From: Methanothrix sp. | GTDB lineage: Archaea > Halobacteriota > Methanosarcinia > Methanotrichales > Methanotrichaceae | DNA length: 64,000 bases | Assembly (NCBI GenBank): GCA_037128175.1 | Contig: JBAXWY010000004.1 | Span: forward strand, 76,555-140,554 | Direction of reading: 5' to 3' | Shown here: positions 30,710-40,698 of the stretch, one piece after another | Layout of the letters: each line of letters opens with the position of its first letter | Position numbering within the stretch: position 1 is the first letter of the stretch | Position numbers and translations under genes: made by a program | The notes under the pieces: generated by a model | Databases searched by the model: none | Told to the model about the DNA's origin: nothing | What the model saw: only the letters and a program-made list of their open reading frames with translations

Positions 30710-31481
30710 AGCATTTATTGCAGCGCCCTTGCTCATTGTTTACATCTGCGCAGGGGACCCGGCGCCGGCTGCAACGCCCGATCTGGTGCGGCGACTGGCT
30801 GCCGCCGGGGCGGATATCATTGAGCTGGGACTGCCTCACTCTGACCCAATAGCGGACGGCCCGACCATCCAGGCGGCAGCGCAAAGAGCCATCGCCGCCG
30901 GCATGAACACTGATGTCTATTTCCAAAAGGCCGCCGAGGCAGATGTCGCCATCCCCAAGATCTTCATGGGCTATTACAACATGGTTTATGCCCGCGGCCT
31001 GGACCGGTTTGCAGAGGACTGCGCCCGTTCGGGCATAACGGGCATGATTGTGCCCGACCTGCCCCCCGAGGAGGCCGGACCTCTGCAAGAGGCCTGCGCC
31101 AAATTCGACGTGGACCTGATCTTCCTGGCTGCGCCCAACACCCCTGCCGGGCGGCTGAAGATGATCGAAAAAGAGACTTCGGGCTTTCTTTATCTGGTGG
31201 CCCGCACGGGCGTGACTGGTGCACAAAGCGATATCCTGCAAAGCACGCGCGACCTCATAGCTCGCGTTCCGGGCAGCAAGCCCAAGGCTGTCGGCTTTGG
31301 CATCTCCACTCCCGCCCAGGCCGCTGAAGTGATTGCCGCCGGAGCAGATGCCGCCATTGTGGGCTCGGTCTGCGTGGACCTGATCGCACGGGGAGAAGTG
31401 GAGAAGCTGGAGCAGCTCGTCCGCGACATGAAAGCGGCGGTAGTGGCGGCAGGAAAGAGCAAAGCTCCAATAGTTGTCTGA
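30696..31481 (+). CDS. trpA: Tryptophan synthase alpha chain
   Basis: ELGLP.SDP.ADGPTIQ, PDLP.EE, GVTG, VGFGIS. Confidence 0.96.
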   Translation: MKISEAFIAAPLLIVYICAGDPAPAATPDLVRRLAAAGADIIELGLPHSDPIADGPTIQAAAQRAIAAGMNTDVYFQKAAEADVAIPKIFMGYYNMVYARGLDRFAEDCARSGITGMIVPDLPPEEAGPLQEACAKFDVDLIFLAAPNTPAGRLKMIEKETSGFLYLVARTGVTGAQSDILQSTRDLIARVPGSKPKAVGFGISTPAQAAEVIAAGADAAIVGSVCVDLIARGEVEKLEQLVRDMKAAVVAAGKSKAPIVV

Positions 31482-31494
31482 AGGATTTACCTCT

Positions 31495-32112
31495 ATGGAC
31501 GAAGTGCAACATAAATTTGTGGAAAAGACGAGGCGAGACCTGGAAAACGGCAGTAATGTCACCATTGTAGCCTTCGGCGACTCCATCACCGCCGGCTACT
31601 GCGTGCGGCGCGGCTTTCCTTCTTTCTGGAAAGCATTGCTGGCTGAGAAGTATCCCGACTCGAGAGTGGAAATGATCAATTCCGGCTTCTCCGGAGACAC
31701 GAACATGGACGGCCTGGCCCGGCTGGACTGGGCGGTTCTCGCTTACGAACCTGACCTGGTCACCATCAACTTCGGCATCAACGACTGCGTGCTCGGTCTG
31801 GATTTGGAGGAGTTCGAGATGAACTTCGTAGAGATGGTGCGGCGCATCCGGGCCGGCCCCAACTCGGAGATACTCCTATTATCCTCCCAGCCCCTGGAGA
31901 CGCCGCCCTACGATCGGCTGGTGCAAGACTACTATCAGGCCGTCGAGCGGGTGGCGAAGCAGATGGATGTGGGATTTGTGGATGTTTACGGGGCCTGGAT
32001 GCGGCACGTTCACGCGGGCACGCCCCTGGGGAGCCTCATCCTGCCGGGCCTGGACCACCCCAACGAGGCCGGCTACAAAATCATAGCAGAGGAGTTGATG
32101 AGGCTATTCTAA
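31495..32112 (+). CDS. SGNH/GDSL hydrolase
   Basis: FGDSITAG, NSG.SG, FGIND, DHPN..GY. Confidence 0.92.
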   Translation: MDEVQHKFVEKTRRDLENGSNVTIVAFGDSITAGYCVRRGFPSFWKALLAEKYPDSRVEMINSGFSGDTNMDGLARLDWAVLAYEPDLVTINFGINDCVLGLDLEEFEMNFVEMVRRIRAGPNSEILLLSSQPLETPPYDRLVQDYYQAVERVAKQMDVGFVDVYGAWMRHVHAGTPLGSLILPGLDHPNEAGYKIIAEELMRLF

Positions 32113-32808
32113 TCAATAAGCTTCTCCCGTGTAGCCGCACATGCCCATGCGCGGGGAGTTGACCACCGGCAGTAGCATATCCTCTCCGCACTCGTGCCTT
32201 TCTGCGCAGTCCTCGCAGACAAAGCCGGTGCCTTCATCGATGCACTGGCAGCAAACGGCAACTGCCGGTTTGCCGCAGCTTTCGCATCTTATGTCAGGAG
32301 GAGTGTTTTGGGCCATGATCCTCACTGCTTTTCCCTGTGCCAGGCCTTGCCTGGCGGATATCACCTTTAGCGAAAGTTCAGTTGAGGTTCCGAAGTCGTA
32401 AGTGTGCTCGAACTTCATTCCCGGCCCGATGGCTTTCCCAATGCGTTTGTTCATGCTTAGATCACCCGGCTCCATTATTTCGGAGAAGAATGTCTCGCCT
32501 GCGATCTCGAAGCTACTGAGATGGCCGCAGCATTCCAGCCAGGTTCGGCGCAAGAAATCATCCAAATCCGTCAGGGTGGCATCGGCAGGAATCTCGATAT
32601 GCATCCAGTACATCGGTCTGTCGCGACCCACCACCTGCAAATGAAGGATAGTTCTTTTGGCGCTGCCTTTGGGGGAACTGCTGGCATCAGATTCGTCTTC
32701 CTTCTGCCTTGCTTTGCAGGCCATTAAATGCCGGGCCATGGCCGACTTGGCATAGCTTCCCTGGCAATAGCTGCAGTTTCCACTTGAGCTTTGTCGAGTC
32801 ATTTTCAT
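32113..32808 (-). CDS. pRiA4b ORF-3-like protein with Zn-binding Cys clusters
   Basis: TL.DLD.FLR..WLECCGHLSSF, YDFG, PVVNSPRMG.CGY. Confidence 0.7.
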   Translation of the reverse strand: MKMTRQSSSGNCSYCQGSYAKSAMARHLMACKARQKEDESDASSSPKGSAKRTILHLQVVGRDRPMYWMHIEIPADATLTDLDDFLRRTWLECCGHLSSFEIAGETFFSEIMEPGDLSMNKRIGKAIGPGMKFEHTYDFGTSTELSLKVISARQGLAQGKAVRIMAQNTPPDIRCESCGKPAVAVCCQCIDEGTGFVCEDCAERHECGEDMLLPVVNSPRMGMCGYTGEAY

Positions 32809-32897
32809 CCCTCAGATACATCCCGTAGATAATTCAAAATCAAAAACTCTTCGCAGCACGCAAAAAGTTGAACTTCTGAAACCGAGAGGACTTCATC

Positions 32898-33086
32898 ATG
32901 AAGCTAGAGAAGATCCGGGAGGTATGCCCGGTCTGCGGCAGCGCTGACCTGTATTACGAGGCGGGCGGCTACACCGGCAAAATCTACCGCTGCAAGAACT
33001 GTGATTACATGGGCGCTTTGATCGTGGAAGCGGACGAAGAGATGGCCAGAGCCATAAGAGAGGACTACGAGCAAAATAAGAAATAA
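32898..33086 (+). CDS. Small Zn-ribbon protein
   Basis: CPVCGS...Y.CKNC.Y.G. Confidence 0.8.
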   Translation: MKLEKIREVCPVCGSADLYYEAGGYTGKIYRCKNCDYMGALIVEADEEMARAIREDYEQNKK

Positions 33087-33280
33087 TAATTCTCGGCAGC
33101 TCTTTGACCCTCTTTAGTTGTCACCACTTCTGGCAGGATTAGGTAAGATTTATATAGCCATAGTATCTTAATACGTCAAATGTCGTAATCGTGGTAAGTG
33201 ACAACCGTCAGATGCAGGTGATCCACCCAAGATAGAAAAATCATCTGCCATTAGCTTAAAAAAATGGAGATTCGCAAAAT

Positions 33281-34006
33281 ATGAAGTCCTCAATCAAATC
33301 CCTGATACTGGTGGCCTCTGTGGCTCTTTGCCTAATGGCCATGCCAGCGTTTTCAGCACCGTCTGATAGCCAAAACAACACATCCAGCATTGGATGCAAG
33401 CTTACAGGCGACACGGGCAGGTTCCCTGATATTGCCGCACATAATGCTTCCAACTCGCTGCCGGTATCAGCCCACTACTCGGGCAGCGGTTTTGCCACGA
33501 GCGACAGCCAGTACCACACCATCAAAATGAATATTGTGGGCGTAATCGAGTTCGATATCGCGAAGATCAACGGACTCATCTCCGATAACAAGACCCTTGC
33601 ACAGATTAAGTCAGATGTGCAGTCCGAGATATATTCTGAGATGGATGCGGCACAGTATAACGGAACCCTGGTGCTTGGAAATGAATATTTCCTTCTTTCC
33701 AACATCAGGTCCAAGACGACAAGTGATGATAATTCCACAATAGATGCCGATGTTGCAGGCCCGATAACATTTGAGGATAAGAGCAATTCAACCGATGTTG
33801 TAGGCCATATCGCTTTGGTCGTCTTAAATCATGAGAATAGCATCATAGGAGAGGGTAAGTTGACCATGAACAATGGCAATTACAATGGCGAATATGATGC
33901 CCTGATCAAAATGAATTCCGGAAGCAATGATTTTGATAGAGCCGGAATGAGACAGTGCAAAATGAAATGCATGGACGGAATGAAAGACGAGCACTGCAAA
34001 ATTTGA
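33281..34006 (+). CDS. Secreted hypothetical protein
   Basis: Signal peptide (AMPAFS), N-glycosylation sequons. Confidence 0.75.
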   Translation: MKSSIKSLILVASVALCLMAMPAFSAPSDSQNNTSSIGCKLTGDTGRFPDIAAHNASNSLPVSAHYSGSGFATSDSQYHTIKMNIVGVIEFDIAKINGLISDNKTLAQIKSDVQSEIYSEMDAAQYNGTLVLGNEYFLLSNIRSKTTSDDNSTIDADVAGPITFEDKSNSTDVVGHIALVVLNHENSIIGEGKLTMNNGNYNGEYDALIKMNSGSNDFDRAGMRQCKMKCMDGMKDEHCKI

Positions 34007-34079
34007 AAAAAAGATTATCTGGTAGCAGTTCCCGATTGTTGGTAAACCCGCCAACCAGATCCCTCATTTTTTAGCATTA

Positions 34080-34925
34080 TCAGGCACCCTGTTTTTCATC
34101 CTCAGCGACTCTCTTCTGCACTTTGATCACCTCTGCCCCGAAGAGGAAGATCTGGGCAGAGTAGTAGATCCAGAAGAGAAATATCACCAGAGATCCGGCT
34201 GCTCCGTAGGCGGAGCCCAAGTTGACTATGCTCACATAGGCCTCGATGCAAAAGTTTCCTGCTGCAAACAAAAGAGCTGCCAGAGCCGAGCCGGGAAGCA
34301 CCTCTCGCCACTGCAGCTTCACCTCGATCAGAGTCTTGAAGGTGGCGGCAAAGAGCAAAGTCACAAAGGAAAAGGAGACCAGGAATGTGAGAAGACGGAG
34401 CAGCCCCAGGTGAATGGGCAGAGACTCCTCGATCTGCTTTCCTGCAGGCAGGAGAAGAGCGGTAAAGATGGATGTGGCCAGCAGCAGAAAGGCGACCAGG
34501 GCGATGAGCAGGTATGAGCGCAGGTAAGAGAGGACGGTGTCCATGAGCGGGACGACTTTTTCCGGGATCTTCCAGATGAGTCGAAAGGCCTTCCTGGTAT
34601 GAACGAAGAGACCGGCAGCACCAAAAAGCAAGAGACCAACGCTTAGCAGAGTAAATGGGTAGGACGCAGCCTGATCAGAAGCCTGGTCGATCAGCTCGCT
34701 TGCCACTCCAGGCATCTGCTGGCCCACCAGATCCTGAGAGGTGGCCACCACCTGGCTGTCGAGAAATCCATGCGAGAATAAAGAATTTATAAATATTAAT
34801 GATAATATGAGTAGCGGGACGAAAGAGAAGAGGCCATAGTAGGCGAGAGCCGCCGCCAGTAGCGAAGCATCGTCTTTGAGCCACTCTTTAATGGCTTCAC
34901 TAAGAAGATAGAATATATTTTTCAT
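34080..34925 (-). CDS. YihY/BrkB family membrane protein
   Basis: AAALAYY.LFS..P, YGAAGS..I.L.W.YYSAQI.L.GAE. Confidence 0.92.
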   Translation of the reverse strand: MKNIFYLLSEAIKEWLKDDASLLAAALAYYGLFSFVPLLILSLIFINSLFSHGFLDSQVVATSQDLVGQQMPGVASELIDQASDQAASYPFTLLSVGLLLFGAAGLFVHTRKAFRLIWKIPEKVVPLMDTVLSYLRSYLLIALVAFLLLATSIFTALLLPAGKQIEESLPIHLGLLRLLTFLVSFSFVTLLFAATFKTLIEVKLQWREVLPGSALAALLFAAGNFCIEAYVSIVNLGSAYGAAGSLVIFLFWIYYSAQIFLFGAEVIKVQKRVAEDEKQGA

Positions 34926-35644
34926 CTGTAGAGAGCCAATCCTATGAGAGAGACTAACCACTCATTAAAATGCTTACATTCATTGCTTATGTTATCAATG
35001 CCGATGCGCTTTGCTATACGAGATCCAAATACATATTTATTATAAAAGTAATACAAGTTTAATAATCTTTTCGACGGGGCAGTTTCCGCGCCGTCATTGA
35101 TATCTTCTGGCGTAGCAAATTGGCTACGAATATCTCTTAACTTATCAAGTTGGGACCTATCTTGATACGGTCTCATAACTTCGTCTATTACCTCTATATT
35201 GCTAAATAATAATCCTTCAAACTCAGGTAGTTGAATGTAGGGAATAAAATGAGAATTATTTATTTCTTTTCTAAATCCGTCTTCAATTACTTTTACTTTT
35301 TTATACGGATTGGACTTGCGCATCGCTTCATCGAATCTAGGAAAGTCGTTTGGCAATGCGTAAAGATCAAACATGGTTGTCAAATAAGCACTTTTATCTT
35401 CAGTCAGCCATCGATTAATATCGCGTCTCACCTTTTCAAAATTTTGAACGCCTCCACGATAGATTCTTACCTGTTTTCCTGGTTTATAATAATCTACATT
35501 TCGCAGTTGCTTTCGACTTGTTTCGACCCTACGTGCACTGACAAATATATATTTTTCAGCAAAAGATTCGTTAAGTACATCACGAACGAATATTTCTTCG
35601 GTTGTGCCTTCTACAATAAAATTTAGGCGGATGCTATTCTGCAC
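34922..35644 (-). CDS. DUF4276 family (TOPRIM-like) protein
   Basis: VEG.TEE.FV, TTMFDLYALP.DFP, FIPYIQL.EFE.LLFS, PE.IND..TAPSKR, C.HF..W; AT-rich. Confidence 0.85.
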   Translation of the reverse strand: MQNSIRLNFIVEGTTEEIFVRDVLNESFAEKYIFVSARRVETSRKQLRNVDYYKPGKQVRIYRGGVQNFEKVRRDINRWLTEDKSAYLTTMFDLYALPNDFPRFDEAMRKSNPYKKVKVIEDGFRKEINNSHFIPYIQLPEFEGLLFSNIEVIDEVMRPYQDRSQLDKLRDIRSQFATPEDINDGAETAPSKRLLNLYYFYNKYVFGSRIAKRIGIDNISNECKHFNEWLVSLIGLALYR

Positions 35645-36558
35645 TACGGTCTACCACCCAAAACGTTCTTTTCCCATAGCTCACCAAGGGCATATTCCTC
35701 TAGCCAGGCATCCAATTTCTCAGAATCAATTCGCTCAATTACAGTAGACGGCATTTCCGGCTGAAGCAATAGTGTTGCCAGGCAAATAAAGCGCAGCGTT
35801 CCATCCGAGAGGTGATAGACTTGAAAGGGAAAATCAGATCCCTTTTCTCGCCACTCCAGGCGAATCATATTCTCATTTTCAGGATGTGGGCGCAAGAGGA
35901 AATCATCAAAAAATGGGGTAACCAATCGTACCGTATCTCGGATTGCTGAGAAATGTTCTTTTTTTGTGCTCTGAAGCATGTAAAGAAATGCTGCCAGATT
36001 GCTGGCGTCATGTCTTAAATAGATATTATCATTTATATCTCTTGATTTTTTAACCGCTGCAGATTCGCTTGTATCATTAAAGTGATAGACTTTCCAGCTT
36101 TTGAGACTGTCGAGCACATACGCATCTATATTTGTAGGATTATTACTTGTGCCATATTTGGATCTTATTGCGAGTTTGCTCTCTTTATGTCCAGATCCCA
36201 TATAATGTTTTGTTGGATGTCCATATGCATCTAAGGAACAAACCTCTTCATCAAAGAATAATTCATCATTAACAGTAGGTAACCAAGTACATTCGTATGC
36301 ATTTTGGCCGAAATTAAGTTTAACGTAAATATTCTTTGTTACCTTTTGTCCATAATATAGAAAATATTCTGCACTACCAGCTTTGGTTACGAAAGACTGA
36401 AATTTCCCCTCAACAATATGATTTAGCAGTTCAAATAGAGCGATGAAGTTGCTTTTGCCCGCACCGTTAGCGCCGATTAGCACGTTCAGTGGACTCAAAT
36501 CCAATTCGAGCTTACGAATTGATTTAAAACCCGTTACTTCAATGCGGTCCAGCTTCAT
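35644..36558 (-). pseudogene. AAA_21/ABC-type ATPase with internal in-frame deletion (no Walker B)
   Basis: GFKSI, GANGAGKSN, LSDGTLRF present; DEPE absent; ends LGELWEKNVLGGRP. Confidence 0.75.
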
Positions 36559-36604
36559 TTGGCGTGCTCCCAGCTAATTTTTAGAAAAAAGGATCATGGG
36601 AAGC

Positions 36605-37822
36605 TTACGGTGCTCCCTTCAGATCCTCTCTTTGGGTGATGTTCTTGATCTCCTGCTTCAGATCATCAGGCAGCCCCTTGATCTCCACATCCAAAAAACC
36701 GCGCACGATAACGCTGGTGGCCTCTTCGGATGAGAGACCGCGGGACATGAGGTACTCCAGCTCCTCCTCGGAGATGCGGCCCACTGCCGCCTCATGGGAC
36801 ATATCCAGGTCCCGGCTCTGGCCGTCCAGCTCCGGTATGGAGTAGATTCTGCCCTTGTCCGAGAGCAGAAGGCCGACGCACTCCAAGTGGGCCCGGGCGC
36901 CCGGCACTCTGCCGGTCATTCTGCCCCGGGCAATAACCTCGCCTCCCACACAGACCACGCGGGAGATGGACTCGGCACTGGTCTCGGGCGCATTGAGATT
37001 GACGTTGCTTCCCACATCAATATTGCCCATGGTGGCATAAATCACCGTGTTGAAGCTGGCCACTGCTCCGCGACCGGCAAGCGTGGCCGTGGGGAAGGTC
37101 TGAATGGTCTTGACCGGCTTTAAAAGGATGTAATTGTTGGAGAGCGAGCCACCCTCGGCAATGGTGATGCCTGTTCTGGGCCGCACCTCGACCTCTTTGC
37201 CCCAGCTATGCACCATGGTAAAACTCACCTTGGCATTCTTCTGGATGAAGAACTCCGAGACTCCAACGTGCAATCCCCTCTGCACATGTTCCGGAGTGGT
37301 ACAGCCGGTGATGACATGCAGCTCTGAGCCCTCTTCGGCAATGATGACGTTATGCACGCGCTGGTTGAGGTTGCTGGACCCAAGATACAGGCAGCTCTTA
37401 ACTGGAAATACGGTCTTCATGCCCTTCTTGGCGCGGATGAAGTAGCCCGCCGGTGGCGCTGCCGCTACTTCCGCCGTGTACTTGTCGGCATCCGGTGCCA
37501 CCAGCTTCCACCAGTAGTCCTGCAGGAAGTCGTACTTCTCCAGGGCGGAGGCCATGTCCATGATCTCCACACCCTCGTAGAGAGACTTGGCGATGACTGG
37601 TGTCTGGTCCATCTGAACAAAAGAGCCTGAAGATTCGCCGTCCAGCTTTACGCCCACATCCATAGCCGCCTTCTTGACAACGCTAGGCAGATCTTCGGCA
37701 TTGGCTACAATGACCTGGGGTTTGGCCTCTGATTCGTAGCTCTCCAGGTCCACATCTGTGCCGTATAAGGCCTTCTTATCGCGTGCCTTTCTGGCCTTAT
37801 CTTCTATACCGGACACGTGCAT
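36605..37822 (-). CDS. sufB: SufB/SufD-family Fe-S assembly scaffold (minimal SUF, SmsB-type)
   Basis: ITGC, HVGVSE, HLEC.GL, SHEAAVGRI...YLMSRG. Confidence 0.92.
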   Translation of the reverse strand: MHVSGIEDKARKARDKKALYGTDVDLESYESEAKPQVIVANAEDLPSVVKKAAMDVGVKLDGESSGSFVQMDQTPVIAKSLYEGVEIMDMASALEKYDFLQDYWWKLVAPDADKYTAEVAAAPPAGYFIRAKKGMKTVFPVKSCLYLGSSNLNQRVHNVIIAEEGSELHVITGCTTPEHVQRGLHVGVSEFFIQKNAKVSFTMVHSWGKEVEVRPRTGITIAEGGSLSNNYILLKPVKTIQTFPTATLAGRGAVASFNTVIYATMGNIDVGSNVNLNAPETSAESISRVVCVGGEVIARGRMTGRVPGARAHLECVGLLLSDKGRIYSIPELDGQSRDLDMSHEAAVGRISEEELEYLMSRGLSSEEATSVIVRGFLDVEIKGLPDDLKQEIKNITQREDLKGAP

Positions 37823-38538
37823 CCTACACACCCCTCATATCCGCTTTTTTTGATCTGCTCCAGGATTTCGCCCGGATTGCCGCTGCAGACGATCGAGCCG
37901 CCCAGCATGACATGGGCTCGGTCCGCTTTCATATAATCCAGAATATGGCCGAAGTGGGTGATGATCACGCCGGACTTGGTCCTCTGGCTGGGACGCTGGT
38001 CTTTCTGGGTGAGAGTGTTTATGGCTTCGCCTATGAGCTTGATGTTCTCCAGGTCCACGCCGGAGTCCGGCTCATCCAGCATGACGAAATCAGGCTGCTG
38101 CGCTAAGAGCTGAACCATCTCGGAGCGCTTAACCTCGCCCCCCGAGAAGCCACGATTGACATCCCGATCAGCAAAGGCCTCAAAGTCCATCTTTTTAAGA
38201 ATGGCCATTGCATCGGCCTTGGGATTGATGATCTTGATGAGGTCTTTGAGCCGCAGGCCGCGAATGGCCGGAGGCCGCTGAAAAGCCATGCCTATGCCCA
38301 GGCGTGCCCTTTCGTCCATGGACATGTGCGTAATATCTTCACCCTTGAATACAATGCGCCCCCCATCGATAACGTACCTGGGAATTCCAGCGATGACATT
38401 CAAGAGAGTTGTTTTGCCCGTTCCATTGGGCCCAAAGAGAACGTGGGTCTCGCCACGACTTATTCTAAGGTTGAAGTTCTTTAGAACCTGCTTACTGCCG
38501 ATGCTGACCGACAGATCTTCAATCTCCAGCAGCCACAT
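37804..38538 (-). CDS. sufC: SufC-type ABC ATPase (SmsC-type)
   Basis: GPNGTGKT, GFSGGEVKR.E, DEPDSGVD, C-terminal CVGC. Confidence 0.92.
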   Translation of the reverse strand: MWLLEIEDLSVSIGSKQVLKNFNLRISRGETHVLFGPNGTGKTTLLNVIAGIPRYVIDGGRIVFKGEDITHMSMDERARLGIGMAFQRPPAIRGLRLKDLIKIINPKADAMAILKKMDFEAFADRDVNRGFSGGEVKRSEMVQLLAQQPDFVMLDEPDSGVDLENIKLIGEAINTLTQKDQRPSQRTKSGVIITHFGHILDYMKADRAHVMLGGSIVCSGNPGEILEQIKKSGYEGCVGCTCPV

Positions 38539-38593
38539 CACCTCCAATCACTAGTTCAATCGATCGTAGGAATATAATATCTTTTGCCGCAGC

Positions 38594-39172
38594 TTAATAT
38601 CGCGCCAGGATTTGCAGCTCATCGATCGACCGGTTCAGGCTGGCGTAGCTTCTTACAATCCTTCCCGCCGCGCTCTCCCCGCAACCGAGCAGCTCGCACA
38701 GCTCTCGATCAAAGTCCTCCAGATCGACCTTCCGCTTGCGCAGATACTCATGTCCCCAGGGCCCGGCCACCAGATACTTGTTGAGCGGATCGGAGCTGCT
38801 CAGAAAGTGCTCCAGCATGGCCTTGGCAGGATTTTCCAGCCGGTCGAAGGTCTTTTGCAACGCCATAGCTTTCTTATGCTCGTCGGTTTTGCTGGCCAGC
38901 CTGGGCCGCCAGACCAGTACCTCCAGGGCCGCCACCAGGACGGCATCTAAATTGAGATGGGCGAAGCGAATGAAGTTGCCAAACGATTTTGCATCCCGGG
39001 CTTTGGCCGAGGACTGCACGTAGACTGAGATCTTGCCGATCTTCTCCGAGAACTCGCCCTGACGCAGAGGCACGAGCATGCCCTGCACCTCTTCGATAGC
39101 CTCTGCCAGCGAGCCTCCTTGCGGGCCCGTCAGCCAGCCGCTCTCTTGCCCGCCCGTCCTCTCGTTTGCCAT
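38594..39172 (-). CDS. Hypothetical protein
   Basis: Coherent codon usage, follows lysA in the same orientation. Confidence 0.65.
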   Translation of the reverse strand: MANERTGGQESGWLTGPQGGSLAEAIEEVQGMLVPLRQGEFSEKIGKISVYVQSSAKARDAKSFGNFIRFAHLNLDAVLVAALEVLVWRPRLASKTDEHKKAMALQKTFDRLENPAKAMLEHFLSSSDPLNKYLVAGPWGHEYLRKRKVDLEDFDRELCELLGCGESAAGRIVRSYASLNRSIDELQILARY

Positions 39173-39180
39173 TTTTACTC

Positions 39181-40464
39181 CTACCACATGAGCCGGGGCA
39201 GGATTCTCTGCCCGGCCAAAAGGGCGCTGGAGTCCTCTGCCCGCCGGGTGACCTCAGCCTTGTCCCCGGAAACGAGTACCTCTGCCGGACGGGGCTGGCC
39301 GTTGTACTGGGAGGCCATGGAAAAGCCATAGGCTCCGGCATCCAGGAAGGCCAGAACGTCGCTGCGCTCAAGAGCTGGCAGCCGCCGGTCTTTGGCCAGA
39401 ACATCCCCGGTCTCGCAGATTGGTCCCACCACGGTGTAGGTCTCCTCGGCAGGCGCATCGATGCGGCTGGCCACCACGACATGATGATAGGAGTCGTAGA
39501 GCATGGGCCGGGCCAGGACGTTGAAGCCGGCATCCACCGCCACGAAATTGACATGCGCCCTCTTGACCACGTTGACCGTTGTGAGCATGACTGTGGTATC
39601 GGCCACAATGCTGCGTCCCGGCTCCAGGATGAGCTTGGGGGCAATGCCTAGATCGCGGCTGCGGTCCTGGAAAATAGGCAGCACTGCCGCCGCCAGGTCG
39701 TCGGGTGTGGGCGCAGGCAGGTCGGGATGGTACTGGATGCCCAATCCCCCGCCTAGATCGATCCGCTTCACCTCGCCGCCCAGAGCTACGACCGCAGCAA
39801 CGATGTCCATCATCTTGCCCGCCGCCTCAGCAAAGGGCGCGATGTCCAGGATCTGCGAGCCGATGTGGCAGTGCAGGCCCACCGGCTTTACCCCCTCCTG
39901 GCCCATGGCCTTCAGGTAGGTCTCGGCCACCTGCTCCGCAGGAATGCCGAACTTGGAGGAACGAAGGCCCGTGGCGATCTTGGGATGAGTCTTGGGGGAG
40001 ACATCGGGATTTACCCGGAAGAGGATCTCCGCCTCTTGCCCCATTCGCTTCGCGGTCTTTGCGAGATGCTCCAGCTCCTCGCGCGAGTCCACGGACATGC
40101 GCACGCCGGCCTGGATGGCCATCTCGTGATCCTTCTCGCTCTTGGAGTTGCCGTTGTAGAGGATCATATCCCGGGGGATGCCGGCCATGCGCACCACGGA
40201 AAGCTCCCCTGCCGAAAATACATCAGCGCCCATGCCTTCCTGGGCGGCGATGCGTAGGATTGTGAGGTTGCCGTTGGCCTTTACGGCGAAGTACTTGTCC
40301 GCATCAGGAAAGGCGCGATGATAGGCGCGAATGTTCTCACGCAGGCGGCTCTCGGAGGTGACGTAAAGAGGGGTGCCCTGCTGCTGGGCGAGGGCAACGC
40401 AGTCAACGTCTTCCATGAAAAGATGATCGCTACGAGAGGTGAGATGGGATTTAGGTCCGAACAT
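39181..40464 (-). CDS. lysA: Diaminopimelate decarboxylase
   Basis: FAVKAN, HPKIATG..SKFG, HCHIGSQI, GGGLG, EPGR, GPICETGD, GAYG.SM.S.YN. Confidence 0.96.
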   Translation of the reverse strand: MFGPKSHLTSRSDHLFMEDVDCVALAQQQGTPLYVTSESRLRENIRAYHRAFPDADKYFAVKANGNLTILRIAAQEGMGADVFSAGELSVVRMAGIPRDMILYNGNSKSEKDHEMAIQAGVRMSVDSREELEHLAKTAKRMGQEAEILFRVNPDVSPKTHPKIATGLRSSKFGIPAEQVAETYLKAMGQEGVKPVGLHCHIGSQILDIAPFAEAAGKMMDIVAAVVALGGEVKRIDLGGGLGIQYHPDLPAPTPDDLAAAVLPIFQDRSRDLGIAPKLILEPGRSIVADTTVMLTTVNVVKRAHVNFVAVDAGFNVLARPMLYDSYHHVVVASRIDAPAEETYTVVGPICETGDVLAKDRRLPALERSDVLAFLDAGAYGFSMASQYNGQPRPAEVLVSGDKAEVTRRAEDSSALLAGQRILPRLMW

Positions 40465-40589
40465 GATTTTAACAGATCTCTCAGGGATTACTAAATCGTT
40501 TCTATGCAGAAGAGAAAAACATGATTATTAGTCTTAGTAAATCGGGGCGTACAATCTAACGATCGCGATTAATCAGCACCATCAATAGC

Positions 40590-40698
40590 AAAAAGTAAGT
40601 CCACAATCCGCCGCGCACCATAAGGTGGTTCGGTTCCCGATTACCACCACCTCATAATGCAACAGTCAAACCTGGACGGTCATCCTTCCGGATTACTC
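40590..40698 (-). terminator. Long 3' UTR hairpin plus oligo-T after the decarboxylase gene
   Basis: 15-bp stem 40646-40660/40615-40629 with G-U pairs on minus strand, GTCCA/TGGAC basal helix, TCC-GGAA-GGA tetraloop, T-run at 40590-40594. Confidence 0.6.

Noticed and set aside
28020-31481. Bacterial-type xseAB and a stand-alone trpBA pair in an archaeon
   Set aside because: Both are known in euryarchaea and the composition matches the host, so not treated as novel
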